Source: Ignavibacteria bacterium (GTDB lineage Bacteria; Bacteroidota; Ignavibacteria; OLB7). Taken from it: a DNA stretch of 64,000 bases. Numbering within the stretch: the first letter of the stretch is position 1; the number at the start of each line of letters is the position of its first letter. The stretch covers positions 581,054 through 645,053 of the forward strand of contig JACKAE010000003.1 of assembly GCA_020635205.1 (NCBI GenBank). Direction: 5' to 3'. Position numbers and translations under genes: made by a program. The notes below the pieces were generated by a model. The model saw only the letters and a list, made by a program, of their open reading frames with translations, searched no databases and was not told the origin of the DNA. Of this stretch, positions 35,768-43,477 are shown one piece after another.

Positions 35768-37042
35768 TCACGGCGTCCGGTTGAGGAACTCGTCGTAGAG
35801 ATCGGTATGGCGACTCTTCAGTGGAACGTTCCAGCCGTTTATAAAGAGGTGGCGAACGCTTGTTGATGGTTCCAGCGGATCACCATCGGCAACGAAGAGT
35901 GTGGCCTGCTTTCCGACTTCGAGCGAACCGAGAAGCGAGTCGACACCGAAGATGCGGGCTGGCTCGATTGTTACTGCACGGAGCGCATCCTCCCGACTCA
36001 TTCCGTAAGCTGCTGCAAAACCAGCTTGGAAGGGAAGATTCCGAACGTTCTCCACGTCGTTTGTTCGCAAGGCAACCTGTACACCAGCTTTTCGGAGAAG
36101 TCCGGGGTTGGCATACGGCTTATCGTATCGATCCGACCCCCGGGAAGGAGTTGTTAGCACTTGCCCCACAATGCAAGGAATTCCAGATGCCGCAATTTTA
36201 TCGGCACACCGCCACCCCTCGCGCAGACCGGAGAGAACCGCACGCAGGTTCCGTCGTTGAACCCACGCAATTGCCGAGTCAATATCTGAGGCCTGATTGA
36301 CTTCTACCATCACTAACATTTCTCGACGGATTGCCGGAAGAAGTGCTTCGATCACAGGAACATATTCTGGAAGGCGCTTCTCCCCCCCCACACTCCAAGC
36401 CGAGTCGATGCGAGCATAGGTTTCGGCACGATCCCAGACCTCATCCAGCTTATCCATTCGGCTCCGCCACTCCTCTTCTACTTCCTCATCGGTCCGGTGA
36501 TCCCACCAACCTCCGCGCCCACGTCCCGGAAAGTTGATTCGGAGAACGTGAACTCCAGCAACGTTCATCTGCTCCGGTGTATAACCGTACAGATTTACCA
36601 ACGCTCCTGTTCCGGGGAGCAATCCACCCGACGGAGAGGTAAGCACTGTAGTAACACCATTAACCCGAGTTACGGGGATGGCAACCGAGTTCGGATTCAC
36701 CGCGGTCAATGCCTGTGCCTGCGGTGTCAGGTCTCCCATCTCGCTATCATCTCTCGTCTCTGAGAGGGAACCAATTTCAACAAGTCCGAGCTGTGTTCCG
36801 GCATCGATCATACCGGGATAAATCGTCAGCCCAGAACAGTCGATCACTTCTGCATCGGACGGAATCGCTAAGTTCTCCCCAATCCTCTCGATTCTTCCCT
36901 CTCGTATAAGAAGCGTTCCTCGCTCGATTACGCCGTTGGTTACTGTCTCGATGCGTCCGTTCGTTAGAGCGTACGCTCCAGACTGCGCCAGCAGCGGAGC
37001 AGAGATTGCGAGGAAAAGCAAAAGTGTTATCAGAGTTCGCAT
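35768..37042 (-). CDS. Amidohydrolase-superfamily protein (metal-binding HxH motif degenerate)
   Basis: The ORF is 424 aa with signal peptide MRTLITLLLFLAISAPLLAQ. It has YPGMIDAGTQLGL where HxH is expected, and a C-terminal GSLEVGKQATLFVADGDP typical of the fold. Confidence 0.8.
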   Translation of the reverse strand: MRTLITLLLFLAISAPLLAQSGAYALTNGRIETVTNGVIERGTLLIREGRIERIGENLAIPSDAEVIDCSGLTIYPGMIDAGTQLGLVEIGSLSETRDDSEMGDLTPQAQALTAVNPNSVAIPVTRVNGVTTVLTSPSGGLLPGTGALVNLYGYTPEQMNVAGVHVLRINFPGRGRGGWWDHRTDEEVEEEWRSRMDKLDEVWDRAETYARIDSAWSVGGEKRLPEYVPVIEALLPAIRREMLVMVEVNQASDIDSAIAWVQRRNLRAVLSGLREGWRCADKIAASGIPCIVGQVLTTPSRGSDRYDKPYANPGLLRKAGVQVALRTNDVENVRNLPFQAGFAAAYGMSREDALRAVTIEPARIFGVDSLLGSLEVGKQATLFVADGDPLEPSTSVRHLFINGWNVPLKSRHTDLYDEFLNRTP

Positions 37043-37142
37043 AAGTTTTGGGTTGTAGGCTGTGAGCTATCAGTTGTGAACCTTCCGCTTGAGATATATT
37101 CCATCAAACAACAACGATCTACGATCTCTTATCCACGGCCAA

Positions 37143-40016
37143 CTATCGGCCTTTTACCCCCTCCATACATCCATCATCCTCTCCCACTTCCTCATCCATC
37201 ACTGCATCGATCTTCTCCTCTGGATTTACCTTCAGTCGCATATCGTCTGGGTCATTCTCCGCATCGAAGCGGATAACGCCATCAACAACAGTTAAAATAG
37301 GTTGGCTGTAGATCGAGAGAGGATGCCCGCTGAAGAGAGCTAAGTCTCCTTCTTTGCCAACTTCGATTGAACCGATCCGATCCTCAACACCAAGCTGCTT
37401 TGCCGGGTTGATCGTAATCATTGCTAAGCACTCATCTTCGGTCAAACCTCCATGCTTCATTGACTTTGCCGCCTCGTGGTAGAGGTGACGGTTCAGTTCA
37501 GGAGAGTCGGAGTTAATCGACGTTACTACACCGTTTCGCGTAAGTACCGCCGCGTTGTATGCGGTTGAGTAGTAGACCTCAAATTTGTAGGCCCACCAAT
37601 CGCTGAAGACTGAAGCCATTGCCCCGAAGGCGGCAAGCTCTTTGGCAACCTTAAACCCTTCGTTTACGTGCTGGAAGGTAATGCGCGTGATCCCGAAATC
37701 TTTCAACACTCGCATGAGCATCAATATCTCATCGGCACGGTATGAGTGACAGTGAATCAAAATCTCTCCCCGAAGAATATCGGCAAGTGCCTCCATGCGC
37801 TCATCATACTGTGGCGGAATTGGTCGCTTCCCTTTCTCTCCCTTCTCCTTGTTGTAGCGATCCCACTCAACCATATAACGTTGCGCCTTCGTAAACGCCT
37901 CGCGGAAGACCTGCTCAACTCCCATACGACTTGAAGGAGGGACACCAAATCCTCGCCCGTGAACTCTGGTTGGATTTTCGCCGAGGGCAAACTTGATCGT
38001 GCGGGGTGCTCCCTCCATCTTTAGCTTCGCAGGGTCAACTTCTCCGTAGCGGTGCTTGATCGTCTCGCACTGTCCACCAATTGCGTTAGCTGAGCCGTGC
38101 ATCACGTGTGATGTCGTAACTCCACCAGCAAGGGCGCGATAGATCGTGATGTCGTAGGGATCAACCACATCTTCAATCTGTACTTCTGCCGTCACCGGGT
38201 TTGTCCACTCGTTCACCGGACCACTGACAGCAATGTGCGAGTGAGCGTCGATAATGCCCGGCATCAAGTACTTCCCGGTTCCGTCAATCACTGTTATTCC
38301 TGAAGGAGCACCTAAGCCTTTTCCGATCGAGGTAATCTTCCCCCGCTCCACAAGCACATCGGTCTCTTCGAGTGTTCCGTTTGTCACAGTCAACACGGTT
38401 GCATTTTTGATGAGGATATTTCCACTCTGATCGCGGTTCATTGCAACGATTCTCCCCGGCACAATCGGCTCGGCAACATTCGTAGCGAAGAGAATTGGCA
38501 TCTTCTCACCTGCCGAAGCAGAGTCGTCTTTCTTTCCCTTCCCCTTTTTCCCCTCACCTGAGTAATCGTAGAGGATGCCGTCAACAATAGTCATCCGAAC
38601 CTTCGACGTGTCGTGGAAGTAGGGGCCGGTTGTCACAACAAGGTTCGCAATCTTACCTGCCTCAACCGTACCGAGCGCACGTCCTGCGCCGATCATCTCG
38701 GCGGCGTCCGTTGTCAGTGCCGCTAACGCACGATCTTCCGGCAAACCGTGCCGAACTGCTTCGATCAGGTTGCTTCGGAGTGCATTCCCTTTGGTTCCAG
38801 CAGTTGAGAATCCAAATTTTGTTCCAGCGCGACTGTATGCTGCTGGCAACGATACCGCCGTGCGATGAGATTCATCCCGAATCGCAATCAGCCGGTTTCG
38901 CTCTCCCTCAATGTCGAGGTAGCTTGAAACTCTCTGGCTCAATCGATTGTACTCATCTACACTCATTGGCGGAGGCACTCGGCGGGAAGTGCTGTCGTTC
39001 GGAGGAACTTTTTCACTTTCGCTCTCGCTATCGTCCCTCTTCTTTGTAGCCGAGTCTCCCTCATCCTCCACTGCTTCTGGAAAATCGAGGGAGAGGAAGA
39101 GAGGGAGTTTTTCGTTTCGGATGAGGTCGGCAACATCACGCCCATCCTTCAATCCAACCAGAACTAACGGAAAGCCGAGTTCTTTTCGGAGAACAAGAGC
39201 GCGGCGTGCCTCAAGGTCATCGTTCACCCGGAAAAAGACCGGAACTGATCCGTCGATAGTTGGGAAGAACGAGGAGCGAACCGGATCGTAGTCTGGGCGG
39301 AGATAGCCATTGGGATTACTCTTGAACCACCGATCCTGCTCTTTTAACTGTTCGGCTTGGTGGTAGAGATTGCGGAACTTCGCCATAATTCCCATCGGCG
39401 TTGCCGGGTAGACATCGTTTGCACCGTCGAAGGTTGCAACTAACGACGTTCCCCCTGTCAGGAAGAGTCGATTCGTATCTCGTCCACCAAGCAAAAGAAG
39501 CCCACCGGTTCCAGGCAACATGCCACCCCGAGGGGCTGTGTGTGCCACTCCAAATCCAACGCGACGCAGAGAGTCGATAAACGAATCTTGTCTGTTAAGA
39601 AGCTCTCGAATATCCCGTTCTGGTGTGATGCCAGCACGAGCGTTTGGCGGATCACCCGGCTTGGCTACACTATCGTTCTGGTTCTCCGGTTTCGGCGCTC
39701 CGGCAAAGGAATAACCGTCGATAAATCCAGCGTAGACGGTAAGTCCAGTCCCATCAATTACCCGCGCATCGTACGGAGGAATCAAGTCAGTTCCGACCGA
39801 TTCGATGAGGCCATCCCGCATAAGAACGGTTCCCCGTTCGATTACCTGACCGGGACGGACAACTATCCGAACATTGGAAATAGCTAATGCGTGGGTTACC
39901 ACTGGAATATCTGGAGCTTCTCTCCCCTTCTCTCCTCCCCGCTGTGCGGAAAGGTTCTGGCAGAGAAGGAGAAGAAGAATCGAGCAGGTCAGTAGAACGT
40001 ATCGCTTCCGTTTCAT
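37143..40016 (-). CDS. Two-module amidohydrolase-superfamily protein
   Basis: The likely start is the ATG at 40016 (MKRKRYVLLTCSILLLLLCQNLSAQ). Module 1 has YAGFIDGYSFAG and no HxH. Module 2 has MPGIIDAHSHIAV. The two are joined by a charged linker KKRDDSESESEKVPPNDS. Both modules end in GxxExGKxAdL-type motifs. Confidence 0.85.
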   Translation of the reverse strand: MKRKRYVLLTCSILLLLLCQNLSAQRGGEKGREAPDIPVVTHALAISNVRIVVRPGQVIERGTVLMRDGLIESVGTDLIPPYDARVIDGTGLTVYAGFIDGYSFAGAPKPENQNDSVAKPGDPPNARAGITPERDIRELLNRQDSFIDSLRRVGFGVAHTAPRGGMLPGTGGLLLLGGRDTNRLFLTGGTSLVATFDGANDVYPATPMGIMAKFRNLYHQAEQLKEQDRWFKSNPNGYLRPDYDPVRSSFFPTIDGSVPVFFRVNDDLEARRALVLRKELGFPLVLVGLKDGRDVADLIRNEKLPLFLSLDFPEAVEDEGDSATKKRDDSESESEKVPPNDSTSRRVPPPMSVDEYNRLSQRVSSYLDIEGERNRLIAIRDESHRTAVSLPAAYSRAGTKFGFSTAGTKGNALRSNLIEAVRHGLPEDRALAALTTDAAEMIGAGRALGTVEAGKIANLVVTTGPYFHDTSKVRMTIVDGILYDYSGEGKKGKGKKDDSASAGEKMPILFATNVAEPIVPGRIVAMNRDQSGNILIKNATVLTVTNGTLEETDVLVERGKITSIGKGLGAPSGITVIDGTGKYLMPGIIDAHSHIAVSGPVNEWTNPVTAEVQIEDVVDPYDITIYRALAGGVTTSHVMHGSANAIGGQCETIKHRYGEVDPAKLKMEGAPRTIKFALGENPTRVHGRGFGVPPSSRMGVEQVFREAFTKAQRYMVEWDRYNKEKGEKGKRPIPPQYDERMEALADILRGEILIHCHSYRADEILMLMRVLKDFGITRITFQHVNEGFKVAKELAAFGAMASVFSDWWAYKFEVYYSTAYNAAVLTRNGVVTSINSDSPELNRHLYHEAAKSMKHGGLTEDECLAMITINPAKQLGVEDRIGSIEVGKEGDLALFSGHPLSIYSQPILTVVDGVIRFDAENDPDDMRLKVNPEEKIDAVMDEEVGEDDGCMEGVKGR

Positions 40017-40019
40017 AGG

Positions 40020-40612
40020 CCAAAGAATGAATTGCAATTCAAAAGTAAACACCAAAAATGCAAAATTAAGGAAGAGGAGAGGGGAGGGAATTCAAAATTC
40101 AAAAGTAAAAATGCAAAATGAAGGAGCGTTTGAGGAGCAACCATCCCTCCTCAACACTTGAGAGACTCTTCACTTCGTTCTGAGTGACTGATACGCAACT
40201 ACTGATGAGAAAACTCAATTTGTCATGCTGATGGCCGCCGAAGCATCTCGCCGGTGCTGGTGAGAAATACCCATTCCTCTACAACACTTGAGAGACTCTT
40301 CACTTCGCCTTCGCTCTGAGTGACAAGGGGAGGAAATTCAAAAGGCTAAAGTAAAAATGCAAAATGAAAGAGCGTTTGAGGAGCAACCATCCCTCCTCAA
40401 CACTTGAGAGACTCTTCACTTCAGTTCGTTCTGAGTGACAGATACGCGAATGACTGATGAGGAACCTGACCCGTTATGCTATCTCCCACTTTTGAATTTT
40501 TACTTTTGAATTTTGAATTGGTAACGCTCTCGCGTTACACGTGTGAACCCTCCGATCCCCGTATCTTCAGTTTTTGAATTTTTACTTTTGAATTTTGAAT
40601 TCCAACCTACCT
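40020..40612. repeat. Composite repeat cluster: 5 copies of the AT-rich repeat, 3 S units, 1 H unit and a 108-114-bp direct repeat
   Basis: AT-rich copies lie at 40027-40071, 40086-40124 and 40332-40370 in forward orientation. Two more lie at 40488-40521 and 40568-40603 in reverse orientation. S units (cacttgagagactcttcacttcg...ctgagtgac) lie at 40155-40190, 40285-40327 and 40401-40441, and an H unit at 40220-40254. The segments 40102-40209 and 40348-40461 are direct repeats with a 246-bp period. Confidence 0.85.
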
Positions 40613-41644
40613 ATGAACATTGCGGTACTTCTCGGCGGGACATCAGCCGAACGATATGTGTCGATGGCAACCGGAAAAGGTATTGCCGAAGCCTTAACCT
40701 CTCGTGGACACAACGTCCGGCTCTACGATATAGCTCTCGGCGAGAAAGCAGAGATTGCCTTCGACAATCTTGTGCTGCCGACTGAAGTTGCCCCTTCACC
40801 TGAAGAGCTTGCTCGATTTAACCATCGAGATGTAATCACCGCTGTCCAGAACCTTCCCGACGATACCGACGTTGTCTTCATCGCCCTACACGGGAATGAT
40901 GGTGAAGATGGAAAAATCCAGTCGCTATTAGAATTTCGAGGACTCCCCTACACCGGATCGGGTGTTCTTGCTTCCGCACTTGCGATGCACAAGTCGAAGT
41001 CGAAGGAACTCTTCAGAAACAATGGTATCTCCACAGCCAACTGGTTTCTTCTGGAGCCCGACGACGACGCAAGTGCTGCAAGACTCTCCGCAATGGTTGA
41101 TGCAGTGACAGACTATCCCGTTGTGGTTAAGCCGAACGATGGAGGATCAACCGTTGGACTCACTATTGTAAAAGATGCCGATGGATTGGTGGAGGCAACA
41201 GCACTGGCTCGCCGCTACTCTAAAGATGTCATCTTCGAGGAGTTCATCGAAGGACGTGAGGTGACAGTTGGAGTACTCGATGGAGAGGCACTACCAGTAG
41301 TAGAGATCAGACCGAAGAGTGGTATCTACGACTACACAAACAAGTATACCTCGGGTCGGACTGAGTACTTCTGCCCGGCAGACTTGCCCTTGGCAATCTC
41401 TGAAGAACTTCAGACGCTGGCACTGAGAGCACACAACGTCTTAGGTTGCACCGGCTACAGTCGGGTTGACTTCCGTCTCGATGAGCAAGGCGAAGCGTGG
41501 TGTCTCGAAGTGAACACGCTCCCCGGCATGACAAGCACAAGCCTGTTCCCGAAGGGAGCGAAAGCAGATGGCATCGAATATGGTGAAGTGTGCGAGCAGA
41601 TTATCCGGGCAGCGCTGCGACAGCATACGATAGTTAGCGCGTAG
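40613..41644 (+). CDS. ddl: D-alanine--D-alanine ligase
   Basis: The sequence is MNIAVLLGGTSAERYVSMATGKGIAEAL... with an ATP-grasp core (VVVKPNDGGSTVGLTIV) and C-terminal EVNTLPGMTSTSLFPK. The start is the ATG at 40613. The track's TTG start at 40595 lies inside the repeat. Confidence 0.93.
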   Translation: MNIAVLLGGTSAERYVSMATGKGIAEALTSRGHNVRLYDIALGEKAEIAFDNLVLPTEVAPSPEELARFNHRDVITAVQNLPDDTDVVFIALHGNDGEDGKIQSLLEFRGLPYTGSGVLASALAMHKSKSKELFRNNGISTANWFLLEPDDDASAARLSAMVDAVTDYPVVVKPNDGGSTVGLTIVKDADGLVEATALARRYSKDVIFEEFIEGREVTVGVLDGEALPVVEIRPKSGIYDYTNKYTSGRTEYFCPADLPLAISEELQTLALRAHNVLGCTGYSRVDFRLDEQGEAWCLEVNTLPGMTSTSLFPKGAKADGIEYGEVCEQIIRAALRQHTIVSA

Positions 41645-41668
41645 AAGACTTACATGACCAAAGAAGCA

Positions 41669-42436
41669 CTACAGAGACACTTCTGTCCAGATATGGAAGG
41701 CTGCCATTGCTTGGGCTTCAAACATCTCTGCTCCGCCGATAACGCGAACACCAGCTTCGGTAGCTGCACGGATCAGTTCTGTTACTTCAGGAGAGTAAAT
41801 CATCTCGTAGAGGAGTTCCACTCCGCGCAACTCCTCAGGCTCGAGGAGACGGCTCGGAACTCCGGGTAGGCCGACAGGTGTGGCGTGCACAACAAAGTTT
41901 GGAGGGGTAAAGTTCGCTAAGGATGCCGAGGAAAGTCGCTGATCCCCCCAACGTGCGATCACCTCTGCAGAGCGTTCTTCGGAACGTGAATATAGAGAGA
42001 GGGAGAGGAGGTGAGAATTCTCGAGAAGGACTTCAACGGCTGCCCTCGCAGCCCCTCCGGTTCCGAGCACCGCAGCAGAGAAGGAACGCTCAAGCAAAGG
42101 TTCATCGAGTAACGACTCACGAAACCCATCTACATCGGTGTTGAATCCAATAGCCTTCCCACCTTCAAAGAGTATCGTGTTAACCGAGCCGAGCCGCTTG
42201 CTGGTATCGGAAGCCTCATCCATCAGAGTGAAGGCGAGTTCTTTGTAGGGGGAGGTAACGTTTGCCCCGCGGTAGCCCCCCTCCTTCATTCGCTCAATTG
42301 CTCCGAGTAGCTCCTCCGCCGTCGTTGGCATTAGTTCGTAGCGGAAGGGGAGATCATACTTCTCGAACAGCCGGTTGTGGAAGTCAGGAGAACGTGAGTG
42401 GGCAATGTTCGAGCCGAGCAGGACGATCCGTTCCAT
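41669..42436 (-). CDS. aroE: Shikimate 5-dehydrogenase
   Basis: The ORF is 255 aa and has LGSNIAHSRSPDFHNRLF, GANVTSPYKE, NTDVDGF and LGTGGAARA. Confidence 0.88.
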   Translation of the reverse strand: MERIVLLGSNIAHSRSPDFHNRLFEKYDLPFRYELMPTTAEELLGAIERMKEGGYRGANVTSPYKELAFTLMDEASDTSKRLGSVNTILFEGGKAIGFNTDVDGFRESLLDEPLLERSFSAAVLGTGGAARAAVEVLLENSHLLSLSLYSRSEERSAEVIARWGDQRLSSASLANFTPPNFVVHATPVGLPGVPSRLLEPEELRGVELLYEMIYSPEVTELIRAATEAGVRVIGGAEMFEAQAMAAFHIWTEVSL

Positions 42437-42439
42437 CGG

Positions 42440-43141
42440 CTATTCTTTCACTCCTATCAACATCCCTCGCCAGTTCAACCCCTCCTCGTCCCACGAAGCC
42501 TTCAGCCCAGCACTTTGGACAGCATCCATCAGTTCTTCTTTTGTTGCCATGAACATCCGATGTGTTTCCACGAAGTGCTGGGTCTTCTCTGGTGTTCCAA
42601 TCAGGTGGTGCATGTCCATCACAGCAGTGCGTCCCTCTACAGAACTTGTCACCACCCGAGCAATTTTCAACTCTGGCTCATCTACAGTCAGCATGTGGAC
42701 AGAACTGTCTCTCCACTTATCGCGAGATATCCACGGCTCTACCAACAACATCCCTCCCGAACGGAGGTGGCGAGCCATGTTTGCAATCGCTAAGTTCAAC
42801 TCTTCAACTGTCTGCATATACCCAATTGCACTGAAGAGACAGGTAACCACATCGAACTCTCTCCCCAAATCGAACGTTCGCATATCCCCCAGATAGAATG
42901 ACAAGTCTGGAAATTTTTCTTGAACAATTTTCAGGAACTCTGGCTCAAGGTCAACCCCCTCAACCTCGAAATCCTCACGCAGATATTCGATATGCTTTCC
43001 TGTTCCGCAGGCGACGTCCAGCAACTGATTCCCATCAGAGCGACCGTAGGTCTCAATCATCCCCCGCAAAATTGCAGACTCCTTTTCGTAGTCCTTGAAG
43101 GAGTAAATGTAGTCGTAATATTTAGCAGAAAGATGGTACAT
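42440..43141 (-). CDS. Class I SAM-dependent methyltransferase
   Basis: The ORF is 233 aa and has motif I LLDVACGTGKH. Its N-terminus YYDYIYSFKDYEKES resembles TylM1-like small-molecule N-methyltransferases. Its stop lies 3 nt from the aroE start. Confidence 0.82.
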   Translation of the reverse strand: MYHLSAKYYDYIYSFKDYEKESAILRGMIETYGRSDGNQLLDVACGTGKHIEYLREDFEVEGVDLEPEFLKIVQEKFPDLSFYLGDMRTFDLGREFDVVTCLFSAIGYMQTVEELNLAIANMARHLRSGGMLLVEPWISRDKWRDSSVHMLTVDEPELKIARVVTSSVEGRTAVMDMHHLIGTPEKTQHFVETHRMFMATKEELMDAVQSAGLKASWDEEGLNWRGMLIGVKE

Positions 43142-43230
43142 GCGTTTTAGCTTACAAGCGTTGAATTCTCCCTATAGAGGAGTCAACTCAAGTCTGGTAG
43201 AGTAGCGTGTGTGTGGGTAATCTCGAGTAG

Positions 43231-43320
43231 CCCTCACCCCCAGCCCCAGCCCCTCTCCCAAGTATCATCGGGTCAACCTACTCTTCTCAGAGTGGGAGAG
43301 AGGAGTCGAAACCGAGGAGG
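43231..43320. repeat. Palindromic intergenic unit (ccctcaccccc...ctctccca / tgggagagagg type)
   Basis: cccctctccca (43250-43260) and tgggagagagg (43293-43303) form a 10/11 inverted repeat within a C-rich/G-rich pair. Confidence 0.6.
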
Positions 43321-43437
43321 TCGATCTCCCCTGACTGGAAGTCGAGGGTTAATGAGAGTGTCTATCACATCTGATCTGACTACTCTATAACAGCCTTCAC
43401 CTACACCTTGCGTAGATTCTTCAATCTCTACTGCAAC

Positions 43438-43474
43438 GTTTTTAAATTTTGCCTTTTGAATTTTGAATTCCCCC
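43438..43474 (-). repeat. AT-rich dispersed repeat, copy 11 (GGCAAAATT variant)
   Basis: gtttttaaattttgccttttgaattttgaattcccc ends 3 nt from the stop codon (43478-80) of the SEDS gene and is in sense orientation relative to that gene. Confidence 0.88.
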
Positions 43475-43477
43475 TCC

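Noticed and set aside
40020-40612. The regularly recurring roughly 35-bp AT-rich repeats looked at first like a small CRISPR array.
   Set aside because: The repeats occur in both orientations and the spacing is irregular. The supposed spacers are themselves repeated (S/H units and a 110-bp duplication). No cas genes are present.
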